DNA from: Nitrospirota bacterium
GTDB taxonomy: Bacteria > Nitrospirota > UBA9217
Direction: 5' to 3'
Assembly (NCBI GenBank): GCA_963754875.1
Contig: CAVWHO010000011.1
Location: 46,552 to 110,551, forward strand
Length of the DNA stretch: 64,000 nt
Of this stretch, positions 20,441 to 28,243 are shown one piece after another (the stretch's first letter is position 1; each line of letters begins with the position of its first letter). The position numbers and the translations under genes are program-made. Under the pieces are notes generated by a model that saw only the letters and a program-made list of their open reading frames with translations, was not told the origin of the DNA and did no database searches.

Positions 20441-21115
20441 ATGATCACCGTTAAATTATTTGCCCTCTTAAAAGATAAAGCAGCCTCAAACGAATTGTCG
20501 CTCACGTTTAGCAGCGGCACCGTCAAGGCCTTGCTAAAGCAGGTATCTCATGAATGCCCGGCGCTCGCGGACATCATCTCCTGCGGGGGCATTCTGGTCT
20601 CGGTAAACCAGGAATTTGTAAAGATGGACGCGGTGGTCAGGGACGGCGACGAGGTGGCGCTCATGCCGCCTTTCTCTGGAGGAAGCAGCGCTGCGCGAGC
20701 GGTCCGGATCCAGCATGAACCCTTTTCAATCGAGCAGGAAATAGAGAAATTGAAAACAACTTCAACTGCCATCGGCGCGATTGTCATGTTCCTCGGCACA
20801 ACGCGAGACATCTCGATGGATAAACAGGTGGCAAAACTCGAGTTCGAATATTACCCGGGTATGGCCGAAAAAAAACTCTCCGAGATCAGGGACCGGGCAA
20901 TCAGAGAATATGGTGTGATCGATGTTGCCATTATTCACCGGGTCGGCACCATCCCGGTTGGAGATAATATTGTATTGATCCTGGTCTCCTCACGACATCG
21001 TGACGAGGCATTCCGGGCGTGCCGCTTCGTGATCGACGAGTTGAAGCGTATTACGCCTATATGGAAGAAAGAGACAACGCCCGACGGCGAGGTGTGGGTA
21101 GCGGAACATCCGTAG
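20441..21115 (+). CDS. MoaD-MoaE fusion (molybdopterin synthase, MoaX-like)
   Basis: MITVKLFA...DGDEVALMPPFSGG followed in frame by MoaE motifs GAIVMFLGTTR, HRVG, SRHR, PIWKKE. Confidence 0.9.
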   Translation: MITVKLFALLKDKAASNELSLTFSSGTVKALLKQVSHECPALADIISCGGILVSVNQEFVKMDAVVRDGDEVALMPPFSGGSSAARAVRIQHEPFSIEQEIEKLKTTSTAIGAIVMFLGTTRDISMDKQVAKLEFEYYPGMAEKKLSEIRDRAIREYGVIDVAIIHRVGTIPVGDNIVLILVSSRHRDEAFRACRFVIDELKRITPIWKKETTPDGEVWVAEHP

Positions 21116-21119
21116 ACTA

Positions 21120-21239
21120 TGGACCAAGGCAACCGCGTTGCCGTTGATACGCCGACATACCCTGCACGCGTTTATGACCGCGTTTTCGCAAGAGCAGGCT
21201 ACGCTTGCACTCGTAAGCGCGGACGGTCGGCTCGATCCA
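21120..21239 (-). repeat. Structured intergenic repeat, copy A
   Basis: Reverse complement aligns over ~100 nt with 23336-23437, including 32 identical nt (GCGCTTACGAGTGCAAGCGTAGCCTGCTCTTG). Confidence 0.9.
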
Positions 21240-21242
21240 AAA

Positions 21243-21662
21243 CTACTTCTTCGCGGTTTTTTTGCTGCTCTTCAGAAATACCACGCAGGTCGAACAGTCG
21301 TTATCCATCCGGCACTTGGTGGTCTCCCAGCAGGGCTTGCCCTTGTCCGTGAATGCCGTGCAAACAACACGCCGTTCGTCAGGACAATCCTTGATCTCCC
21401 AGCAGGGCGCATAATCCAGAAGTTTTTTGATACCTTCAATGCTGATCTTCTTCGAATGGATCAGTTCGCGGATGCACCTCAACCACTTGATGTCGTTTTC
21501 CGTGTAAAGCCTGTTCCTCCGCTCTCGCGTAGGGAGGATCAGGCCATGTTTCTCGTAAAGCCGCAGGGTCTGTGCCGTTGTCCCGACAAGCTTTGCAGCA
21601 ACTCCCATGGTATAGAGCGGCGCGTCCTTGTCCTTTAATACGTCCAAGCTATCAGCTGTCAT
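21243..21662 (-). CDS. MerR-family (HspR-like HTH) regulator with a C-terminal Cys-rich two-CW-type domain
   Basis: YTMGVAAKLVG..QTLRLYEKHGLI-P-R..RLY; C-terminus CWEIKDC..C..CWETTKC..CSTC. Confidence 0.85.
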   Translation of the reverse strand: MTADSLDVLKDKDAPLYTMGVAAKLVGTTAQTLRLYEKHGLILPTRERRNRLYTENDIKWLRCIRELIHSKKISIEGIKKLLDYAPCWEIKDCPDERRVVCTAFTDKGKPCWETTKCRMDNDCSTCVVFLKSSKKTAKK

Positions 21663-21687
21663 ATGCTTTATTATTCTCCCCGATTTA

Positions 21688-22404
21688 TTACCGCGGTATA
21701 AGGATCGTCATTTTGTCCATTATGAGAAGCACACCCATAATGATAAGGATGGCCCCGCTTACTATTTTGATAACTTTAAAATGCTTTCTCAGTCTATTGA
21801 ATGATGACAGGAAGGCGCTGATGGCAAGGGCCGAAAGAATGAACGGTATCCCCAGACCAAGAGAATAAAATGTTAAGAGCGCCATGCCCCGCCCCAAGGT
21901 ATCCGTTGTCATGGCCAAGGCCAGCACAGACCCCAAAAAAGGGCCCGTGCAGGGCGTCCAACCTGCACCAAAAATCATGCCTACCAAGATCGTACCCGCA
22001 TATCCCGCGGGTCGCGTTTTGAGCTGTAGTTTTGCTTCTCGCTGGAGAAAAGGGATGTTCACCACATCCATCACAAAAACACCCATGAGGATAATGAGGA
22101 CGCCCCCCACGATCCGAATGAGGTCCAGATGCTCTGACAGGGCAGCTCCTGCAAAACTCGCCGTCGCACCAAGCAGCACAAAAATTATGGTAAATCCAGC
22201 AACAAATGCAACGGAATGCAGCAGCGTAATATTCATGTTCTTTCTGCGTGATTCCCGGCTCACGAGATCATCGTAACTTATACCGGTAATGTAGGAAACG
22301 TAGGAAGGAATGAGGGGGAGAATGCAGGGAGACGCAAAGGAGATGAGGCCCATAAACAGCGAGAAAAAAAGAACAGAGAGCGTCAATCCGTGGGAAATAT
22401 CCAT
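21688..22404 (-). CDS. ccdA: CcdA/DsbD-type transmembrane thiol-disulfide electron transporter
   Basis: SFASPCILPLIPSY and GWTPCTGP motifs, ~6 TM helices. Confidence 0.92.
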   Translation of the reverse strand: MDISHGLTLSVLFFSLFMGLISFASPCILPLIPSYVSYITGISYDDLVSRESRRKNMNITLLHSVAFVAGFTIIFVLLGATASFAGAALSEHLDLIRIVGGVLIILMGVFVMDVVNIPFLQREAKLQLKTRPAGYAGTILVGMIFGAGWTPCTGPFLGSVLALAMTTDTLGRGMALLTFYSLGLGIPFILSALAISAFLSSFNRLRKHFKVIKIVSGAILIIMGVLLIMDKMTILIPR

Positions 22405-22435
22405 GTGTACCGAATCCTCCACAAGCAAGTATTAC

Positions 22436-22629
22436 ATAATACCAAAGCTCACGAAAGGGAGTCAAGGAAAAGTTTTACTGTTTTCGGCTTGACTTATTCT
22501 CAATTTATAATTGATAATAAATACCTCGTAGTACCTTACTATCCGTTTGCCAACACGAGCGTCTGAAGATTTTTTAGAAAAAGTCCGCGGTATTTTTTTA
22601 TTGACAAAAAAAAACTATTTCATTATCCT
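22436..22629. promoter_or_regulatory. Divergent ccdA/fchA promoter region with a central 27-bp palindrome
   Basis: Minus: TTGACT(22465-22460)-18-TATTAT. Plus: TTGACA(22601-22606)-17-TATCCT. Palindrome TTATTCTCAAT-TTATA-ATTGATAATAA at 22494-22520. Confidence 0.55.
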
Positions 22630-22672
22630 TTCTTTTTCCATATTCGTCATGACCAAATTGAAGGAGGAGACT

Positions 22673-23299
22673 GTGTATATCGATCAGCCTTTGCGGCACT
22701 TCATGGACAAGTTGTCAAGCAAATCCCCTGAACCAGGAGGAGGGAGCGTCGCAGCCCTTACCGGTGCGATGGGCGCGGCTCTGGTGAGCATGGTGTCCAA
22801 TCTGACCCTGGGGAAGGAAAAATACAAGGACGTACAGCAACAAATCGAGACTTTGCTGAAAGAATCTGAAAAACTTCGCACGGAAATGCAGGACCTGATC
22901 CAGAAGGACACGGAAGCATACGGAGCGCTCTCGGACGTTTACAAAATGCCGAAGAATACCGATGCGGAAAAGGCCGCACGCACGGCAAAAATGCAGGAGG
23001 CACTCAAGAAAGCCTGCCAGGTGCCCTTGGAAATAGGCCTTAAATCCCTGGAGGTCGCAAAACTCGCAGAACGAGCCGCTGATATGGGGAATGTTGCCGC
23101 CGTGAGCGATGCCGGCGTAGCAGTGCTCCTTGCCCAAGCGTGCGCCCAGAGCGCCGCGCTCAACGTGAAGATCAATGTTAACAGTATCAAAGACGAGACG
23201 TTCAATAAAAACACCTGGTCCCGGATGCAGAATGTCCTTACTCAGGTAGGCGCTTTGGAAAAATCGGTGATGGCGACGACTTATAAAAAGATGGGATAA
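22673..23299 (+). CDS. fchA: Cyclodeaminase/cyclohydrolase family protein (FTCD_C; methenyl-THF cyclohydrolase)
   Basis: SPEPGGGSVAAL, MVSNLT, D..AY, VP, GN..AVSD, NVKIN; GTG start after AAGGAGG; directly upstream of folD. Confidence 0.88.
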   Translation: MYIDQPLRHFMDKLSSKSPEPGGGSVAALTGAMGAALVSMVSNLTLGKEKYKDVQQQIETLLKESEKLRTEMQDLIQKDTEAYGALSDVYKMPKNTDAEKAARTAKMQEALKKACQVPLEIGLKSLEVAKLAERAADMGNVAAVSDAGVAVLLAQACAQSAALNVKINVNSIKDETFNKNTWSRMQNVLTQVGALEKSVMATTYKKMG

Positions 23300-23303
23300 T
23301 GGG

Positions 23304-23436
23304 GGACCAGGGACCACTCCGTCCGCCCGTGCCCAGCGCTTACGAGTGCAAGCGTAGCCTGCTCTTGTGAAAACGCGGCCATAAACGAGTGCAGGGTGCG
23401 TCGGCTTTACTGACGGCAACATGGTTGCCTTGTTCC
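23304..23436 (+). repeat. Structured intergenic repeat, copy B
   Basis: Homologous to 21120-21239 in inverted orientation. Confidence 0.9.
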
Positions 23437-23458
23437 AAATTTAAACGAATGGAGATTA

Positions 23459-24316
23459 ATGACCATGCCGGCAAAACTCTTAACAGGAAAAGAAGTGGCA
23501 CAGAAAATGGACCAGGACATTCAGAAAGATGTCCAGGAACTTAAAGCAAAAGGTGTCAATCCGGCGCTTAGAATAATGATCGTCGGCGATGCCCCTGACT
23601 CACTCGCCTATGCAAACAGCGCAAAAAAAATGGCGGAAAAAAACGGCATCATATGCGAGATCGAACAGCTGCCCGGTGCAACAAGCCAGGACGAGTTCGT
23701 CAATACGCTGAAGCAGAGGAATGCGGACAAAAATATCCACGGGATCATCGTGATGCGGCCGTTTCCTAAGCAGATCCGCGAGGATGTCGTGAAGTATATC
23801 CTGTCACCCGAAAAAGACGTGGATTGTTTTAACCCGGTTAATGCCGGCAAGATCATGGCCGGAGACATGACGGGGTTTCCACCCGCAACGCCCCAAGCCG
23901 TGATGGAAATGCTCCGTTTCTACCAGATCCCGATGAGCGGAAAAGAGGCCGTAGTCATCGGCCGTTCTATGGTCGTCGGTAAGCCGATGTCGATGCTTCT
24001 TCTCGGAGAAAACGCCACGGTAACGGTCTGCCATTCAAAAACGCAGGATCTTCCCGGGGTTTGCCGGCGGGCAGACATTCTGGTAGCCGCGATCGGCAAG
24101 GCAAGAATGATCTCGAAAAATTTCATAAAAAACGGTGCAACGGTGATGGACGTTGGCATCAACGTCGAAGGGGACAAGCTTTTCGGGGATGTTGACACTG
24201 AACCGGCCAAAGAAGTCGCAGGGGCCATCACGCCGGTGCCCGGCGGCGTCGGTACAGTAACGACACGCGTGTTGTTAAAGCACGTTGTAAAAGGTGCAAA
24301 GCTGCAGAATCCATAA
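23459..24316 (+). CDS. folD: Methylenetetrahydrofolate dehydrogenase (FolD family)
   Basis: PEKDVD, PATP, GRSMVVGKP, DVGIN, TPVPGGVG. Confidence 0.95.
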   Translation: MTMPAKLLTGKEVAQKMDQDIQKDVQELKAKGVNPALRIMIVGDAPDSLAYANSAKKMAEKNGIICEIEQLPGATSQDEFVNTLKQRNADKNIHGIIVMRPFPKQIREDVVKYILSPEKDVDCFNPVNAGKIMAGDMTGFPPATPQAVMEMLRFYQIPMSGKEAVVIGRSMVVGKPMSMLLLGENATVTVCHSKTQDLPGVCRRADILVAAIGKARMISKNFIKNGATVMDVGINVEGDKLFGDVDTEPAKEVAGAITPVPGGVGTVTTRVLLKHVVKGAKLQNP

Positions 24317-24418
24317 AACACGATTCCTGAGTCAATGAGTCGGGGGCCGGCGAATAGCAAGGCGGAAACGAAACAGGATCTTCCTTTGGCCCCTGATTCC
24401 GGTTCTCCAACCCTGTCT

Positions 24419-24803
24419 TTATTTTTTCACTGCTTCTGCAACCACCTGTGTCAATTCTGTTATCCGATAAGGCTTCTGCACGAACCCCGGGGCGCCCCGA
24501 GCCTCAACAGTTCATCGGCGTCGCTGTCTTGATCGCAACCGCTCGAAATGATTACCTTCGCGTTTGCGTTCATTGTGCGGAGACCGTGGAAAACATCTCT
24601 GCCGTCCATCCCCGGCATAACCATATCAGCAATACCGCCACGATCTCATTCGACCGCCGTTGGTACAGTTCCATAGCTCGCTCTCCGTTGTTTGCCATAA
24701 GGACGGTATAGCCGAACCGCTGGAGAAAGTCCCGGGCGAGTTCCATCACCATCATTTCATTATCAACAACGAGTACTGTCTCTGATCCATGATTCAATCC
24801 CAT
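24419..24803 (-). CDS. Stand-alone response regulator receiver protein with two apparent indels
   Basis: TVLVVDNE..., then shifted frames read (D)MVMPGMDG..VIISSG..FVQKPY. Confidence 0.7.
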
Positions 24804-25410
24804 TTTCTCATCTCCGATCCTCGTTCCCCTCACTTGTCTATTCTGAAAAGAGCTTAAGTCTCCCAGTGACTGTAAGACGAGAAATCATAAACATCAAGAG
24901 GCGCATAATACCACATTAGTTGCAGCACTCAAGAATATTTCTGTCAACATATTCCCTCACTTGTCTGGCAACGAACCAAGCACTGGGACAGTCTTGAAAC
25001 TGCCCCTTCTAACTTTCCCTTATCAGGGACGAATTATCGCGGCTTCTTGGAGGTGATTCTCAAATTTGACGAGCTTAAGGAAACAGCAGAGTTTGGCGTC
25101 ACGGCGTAATAGAGATGACCTGAAAAATTACTTATCCAATGATTGCCTGAGTCATTGTTTTAAATGGATGAAGAAAGTAAAGGTTATAGATTTTTTTATA
25201 TTTTCGAAAAAAAATTGGACTCTCGGGACAAGGGGGCTTTTCTTGCAGGCGCGTAGGGTACGACATGACTTCATCAGGATATTCCGAGTTTAGTTTAAAT
25301 ATAATGAGGATTCAGAGAAGGGAGCGTTCAGCAGACATGTCCAGCTTTTCAAGGCGAGACAATCGTCTCTCGGTCCATGTGGCGCGCCTTGCCTGCAAGC
25401 TCTCCGGACG

Positions 25411-25445
25411 AAAAAACCCCCGGAGGATCGCTCCTCCGGGGGTTT
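25411..25445 (-). terminator. Rho-independent terminator of the porin gene
   Basis: AAACCCCCGGAGGA / TCCTCCGGGGGTTT stem with a U6 tract on the minus strand. Confidence 0.88.
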
Positions 25446-25484
25446 CGTTTCATACCGTTATGTGCACCAGTCGGTGCGCATCTC

Positions 25485-26759
25485 TTAGAACGTATAGATG
25501 AGGTAGCCCTGGATGCCGGTTGCGGCATCGGTCTTGCCTGCTGCGTCCTTGAGAGCCTTGCCAGGCGCCATGTAGCCGAGCTGCCAGTTCCAGGTCAGGT
25601 TGTCATAAAGCTTCCAGTTAACATGGGCATCGACTTCCGTTCCCACATCGGTGGAAGAGTCACCCTGGCCATTCAGGATCTTCTCGGTGGCCTGCAGATA
25701 CCACACATCCAGTCCGACATTCACGCTCTTGGCTGCGTTCGCGCTCACGCCTGCGCTGACTGCCGTCGTATTGGCAAAGCCGGTGTTGAGAGCGCCTGCG
25801 GCGGTCTTGATCTTATACTCATAGAGGTAGGTGTAGTGCGTGTCGATATCGAGGAAGGTCACCATACCCTTAACATTGTCGTCTCCGATCTTATTGCCCG
25901 AACCGCGTGCTACCGTAAAGTTGATGGTAACGGGATCCACAGGCACGTTGCCCTGGATCACGATCTGATTGCCCGAGTATTTGGGCTGAGGTGCACCTGC
26001 TGGAACGGCCTTATCTTGTCCAGTCTGCAAATCGGCCTGTGCCTTCAGAGCCACGGGGCCCAATTTGCCATTAAAAGTAAGACCGATGTTATACAGATTA
26101 TTGTTTGAACCCAAATGCGCATTGTCCAGGTTAATACCGACGACAGCATTCTCATTCAGTTTCAATACGTCGACGATTGCATAAGCATCGATATCATCAG
26201 AAGAAACAGCGGTATTGCCTTCGAATGCCTTAATGTCGGCAACAGCGAACGTATTGTTTCCGGTCACGTTTGCGACCACCCAGGCATCGGAGCCGAAGTA
26301 CTTGCTGCGCAGGAACCAGTCGTTGCCAAGGCCGAGAAGCTGATGGCCGCCTGTCACGTTCACCGGAATACCGGGTACATTAAAGCTCATCCAGGCTTCG
26401 CGGATCTTGAGGAATTGATTCTGGCCGGGGCCGTTGCCGCCGACACCGTTTCCGCTACCGGATGCCGGAGCAGCCGTACCACCGGTGCCCTGATAGTTTT
26501 CCAACGTACCCCAGGTATCCCAATAGTTCTCGATCGAAATCTTGCCCTTCAAATCATCGCCGGCTTTTGCATTTACTTCGACCCGTACCTTCTCTTGAGT
26601 GTCTATCTGGTTTTGGTGGGCATCTTTATCGAATGTCAGGTTCGAAAAATCGCGGCTCCGAATGCCGATCATGCCGTCAACGGAGACGTCTGCAGCAAAG
26701 GCCATGGAGCTTATGAAAGCCATTGCTAATACTACCATTACTACTAGAAACTTCTTCAT
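25485..26759 (-). CDS. Outer-membrane beta-barrel porin (alginate-export-like)
   Basis: Sec signal peptide ending in AFA, amphipathic beta strands (IREAW, GTEVDA, WQLGY), C-terminal YLIYTF; GGAGG RBS. Confidence 0.82.
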   Translation of the reverse strand: MKKFLVVMVVLAMAFISSMAFAADVSVDGMIGIRSRDFSNLTFDKDAHQNQIDTQEKVRVEVNAKAGDDLKGKISIENYWDTWGTLENYQGTGGTAAPASGSGNGVGGNGPGQNQFLKIREAWMSFNVPGIPVNVTGGHQLLGLGNDWFLRSKYFGSDAWVVANVTGNNTFAVADIKAFEGNTAVSSDDIDAYAIVDVLKLNENAVVGINLDNAHLGSNNNLYNIGLTFNGKLGPVALKAQADLQTGQDKAVPAGAPQPKYSGNQIVIQGNVPVDPVTINFTVARGSGNKIGDDNVKGMVTFLDIDTHYTYLYEYKIKTAAGALNTGFANTTAVSAGVSANAAKSVNVGLDVWYLQATEKILNGQGDSSTDVGTEVDAHVNWKLYDNLTWNWQLGYMAPGKALKDAAGKTDAATGIQGYLIYTF

Positions 26760-27211
26760 CGCTTATCCTCCCTAAAATAGATTTGTTCCGATTTATTCGG
26801 AACGCGTGTTAACCTCGTAATGTGCGCGAAACAAAACTTCCATAATTCCATGAAACAATAATTGTATGAGTTCAGTCCACCCCCCCTTTCCTCAGAAAAC
26901 ATAGTGCGAAAACGATGGGACCGTGAAAGACAAGACCCCCGGTTTGCATTCAGGATCTCTGTGAACTTTTATTTTTGCTGTTTGGAATTTAATTCCGGCG
27001 AAGTATCCTGTGAGAGTGCGAGCGCATGCATTGGCGCACTTCTGGACAGGAATGCGGGGGCGCAGCTCATATGTAGGTCTGCTAGTGGGCATCATGATAG
27101 TAAAAGTCGTTTGAATCTACCACTATTACAAACTGCTACACTGCTATGCTTATTGGATGCGGTTCAAAAACGGAAGTGTTAATGCTGATATTTCGGAAGT
27201 AACTTAAAGTG

Positions 27212-27240
27212 ACTATAGCAAAGTCATATAGTGAAGTCAA
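27212..27240 (-). promoter_or_regulatory. Putative sigma70 promoter ~450 nt upstream of the porin gene
   Basis: TTGACT(27240-27235)-17-TATAGT(27217-27212). Confidence 0.5.
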
Positions 27241-27562
27241 GCGTTTTCTAGTTCTTGAATAGCAGCAAATAGCTATGTTTCGCGCCTCAAGTTGCGCAGA
27301 AATGAAACTAACATTTTGCACTATACTGAAACAGAGTGCGCGCAATCACCGATTTGCCGGATTGCGATCGCGCTTTAAATTCCGGCAGACCTTCAATGGA
27401 CATCTCTTTGCAGGATGAAACTCATGTCTTCTCGCTTGATATGTCCGCCGGCCCGCTTGTGTTTGAGAACGCGCGCGCTCATGGTTTCCGCTTGCAATTG
27501 GCAGCAACATCATGATATAAAAGGACATGTCGCCGACGCTCTCTCTTGGAGAACAGCTTGTC

Positions 27563-28129
27563 ATGGCCGGCCTTACGTACGGTCGGCGCCACGACATATT
27601 ATACCGCGCAGGTCTGGTCATCCAGGTGCTGGGAGCAGCCATCCTGGCCGTGCTTTATCCTCTCGATAGCCCCTTCTATACGATCGGCATCATGATATTT
27701 GAAATCGGCGTTCTGCTCTCGGCCATCTATTTGCTCGTCCGGATGCGGTCAATCAAAATAATAATCCTCGTGTCGGTGGTTGCCGGGCTGGCGCTGCAGG
27801 CTGCGGGGGTCTTTGCAGTGTCGGAACTGTACGCGGGGACGACTATAATCATCGGAATCGGGTTAGTGTGCGTTGGGGCGGGCGGAATGGTGGGTAAGGA
27901 GGCATATTGCTTCGGTTATCGCGAAGGATGGCTCTTGATGCTGATCGTCTTTCCGGTCGTGATCCTTGCGAACGCGGTGGGAAAAGAGAACCGCGTATTC
28001 AACTCACTCGGAGTTTTCCCTTCTCTTTCTTCTCTTGCTCTCTCTGACCGGCAAGAAGCTCAAGCAGCGTCTGTTATCGAAATGCGCGACGGATGGGTGC
28101 GGGTCACCGTCTCAGAACAAATGATCTGA
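27563..28129 (+). CDS. Integral membrane protein, DUF2301-like; probable frameshift near the C-terminus
   Basis: LYRAGL at the N-terminus, GKEAYCFGYREG motif, multiple TM helices. Confidence 0.6.
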   Translation: MAGLTYGRRHDILYRAGLVIQVLGAAILAVLYPLDSPFYTIGIMIFEIGVLLSAIYLLVRMRSIKIIILVSVVAGLALQAAGVFAVSELYAGTTIIIGIGLVCVGAGGMVGKEAYCFGYREGWLLMLIVFPVVILANAVGKENRVFNSLGVFPSLSSLALSDRQEAQAASVIEMRDGWVRVTVSEQMI

Positions 28130-28243
28130 GAATTCTAAACTCACCGTAACGTTAAGAAGGAAATTTCCTCGGAAAAGTGGTCCCTTTCTCGGACCAGTTT
28201 TTACTCTCCCAGCTTATCCGTATCACTCGTATCAATGCTCTTT

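Noticed and set aside
23300..23458. THF or ZTP riboswitch upstream of folD
   Set aside because: I could not find the conserved aptamer cores, and a second copy sits between convergent genes where a riboswitch would have no target.
24840..25400. Possible sRNA or gene in the non-coding gap after the porin terminator
   Set aside because: Only a small hairpin near 24985-25006 and AT-rich sequence; nothing diagnostic.
26890..26950. c-di-GMP-I riboswitch in the porin leader (GCAAACC seen on the minus strand)
   Set aside because: The following GNRA-capped P2 stem and the P3 consensus are not evident.
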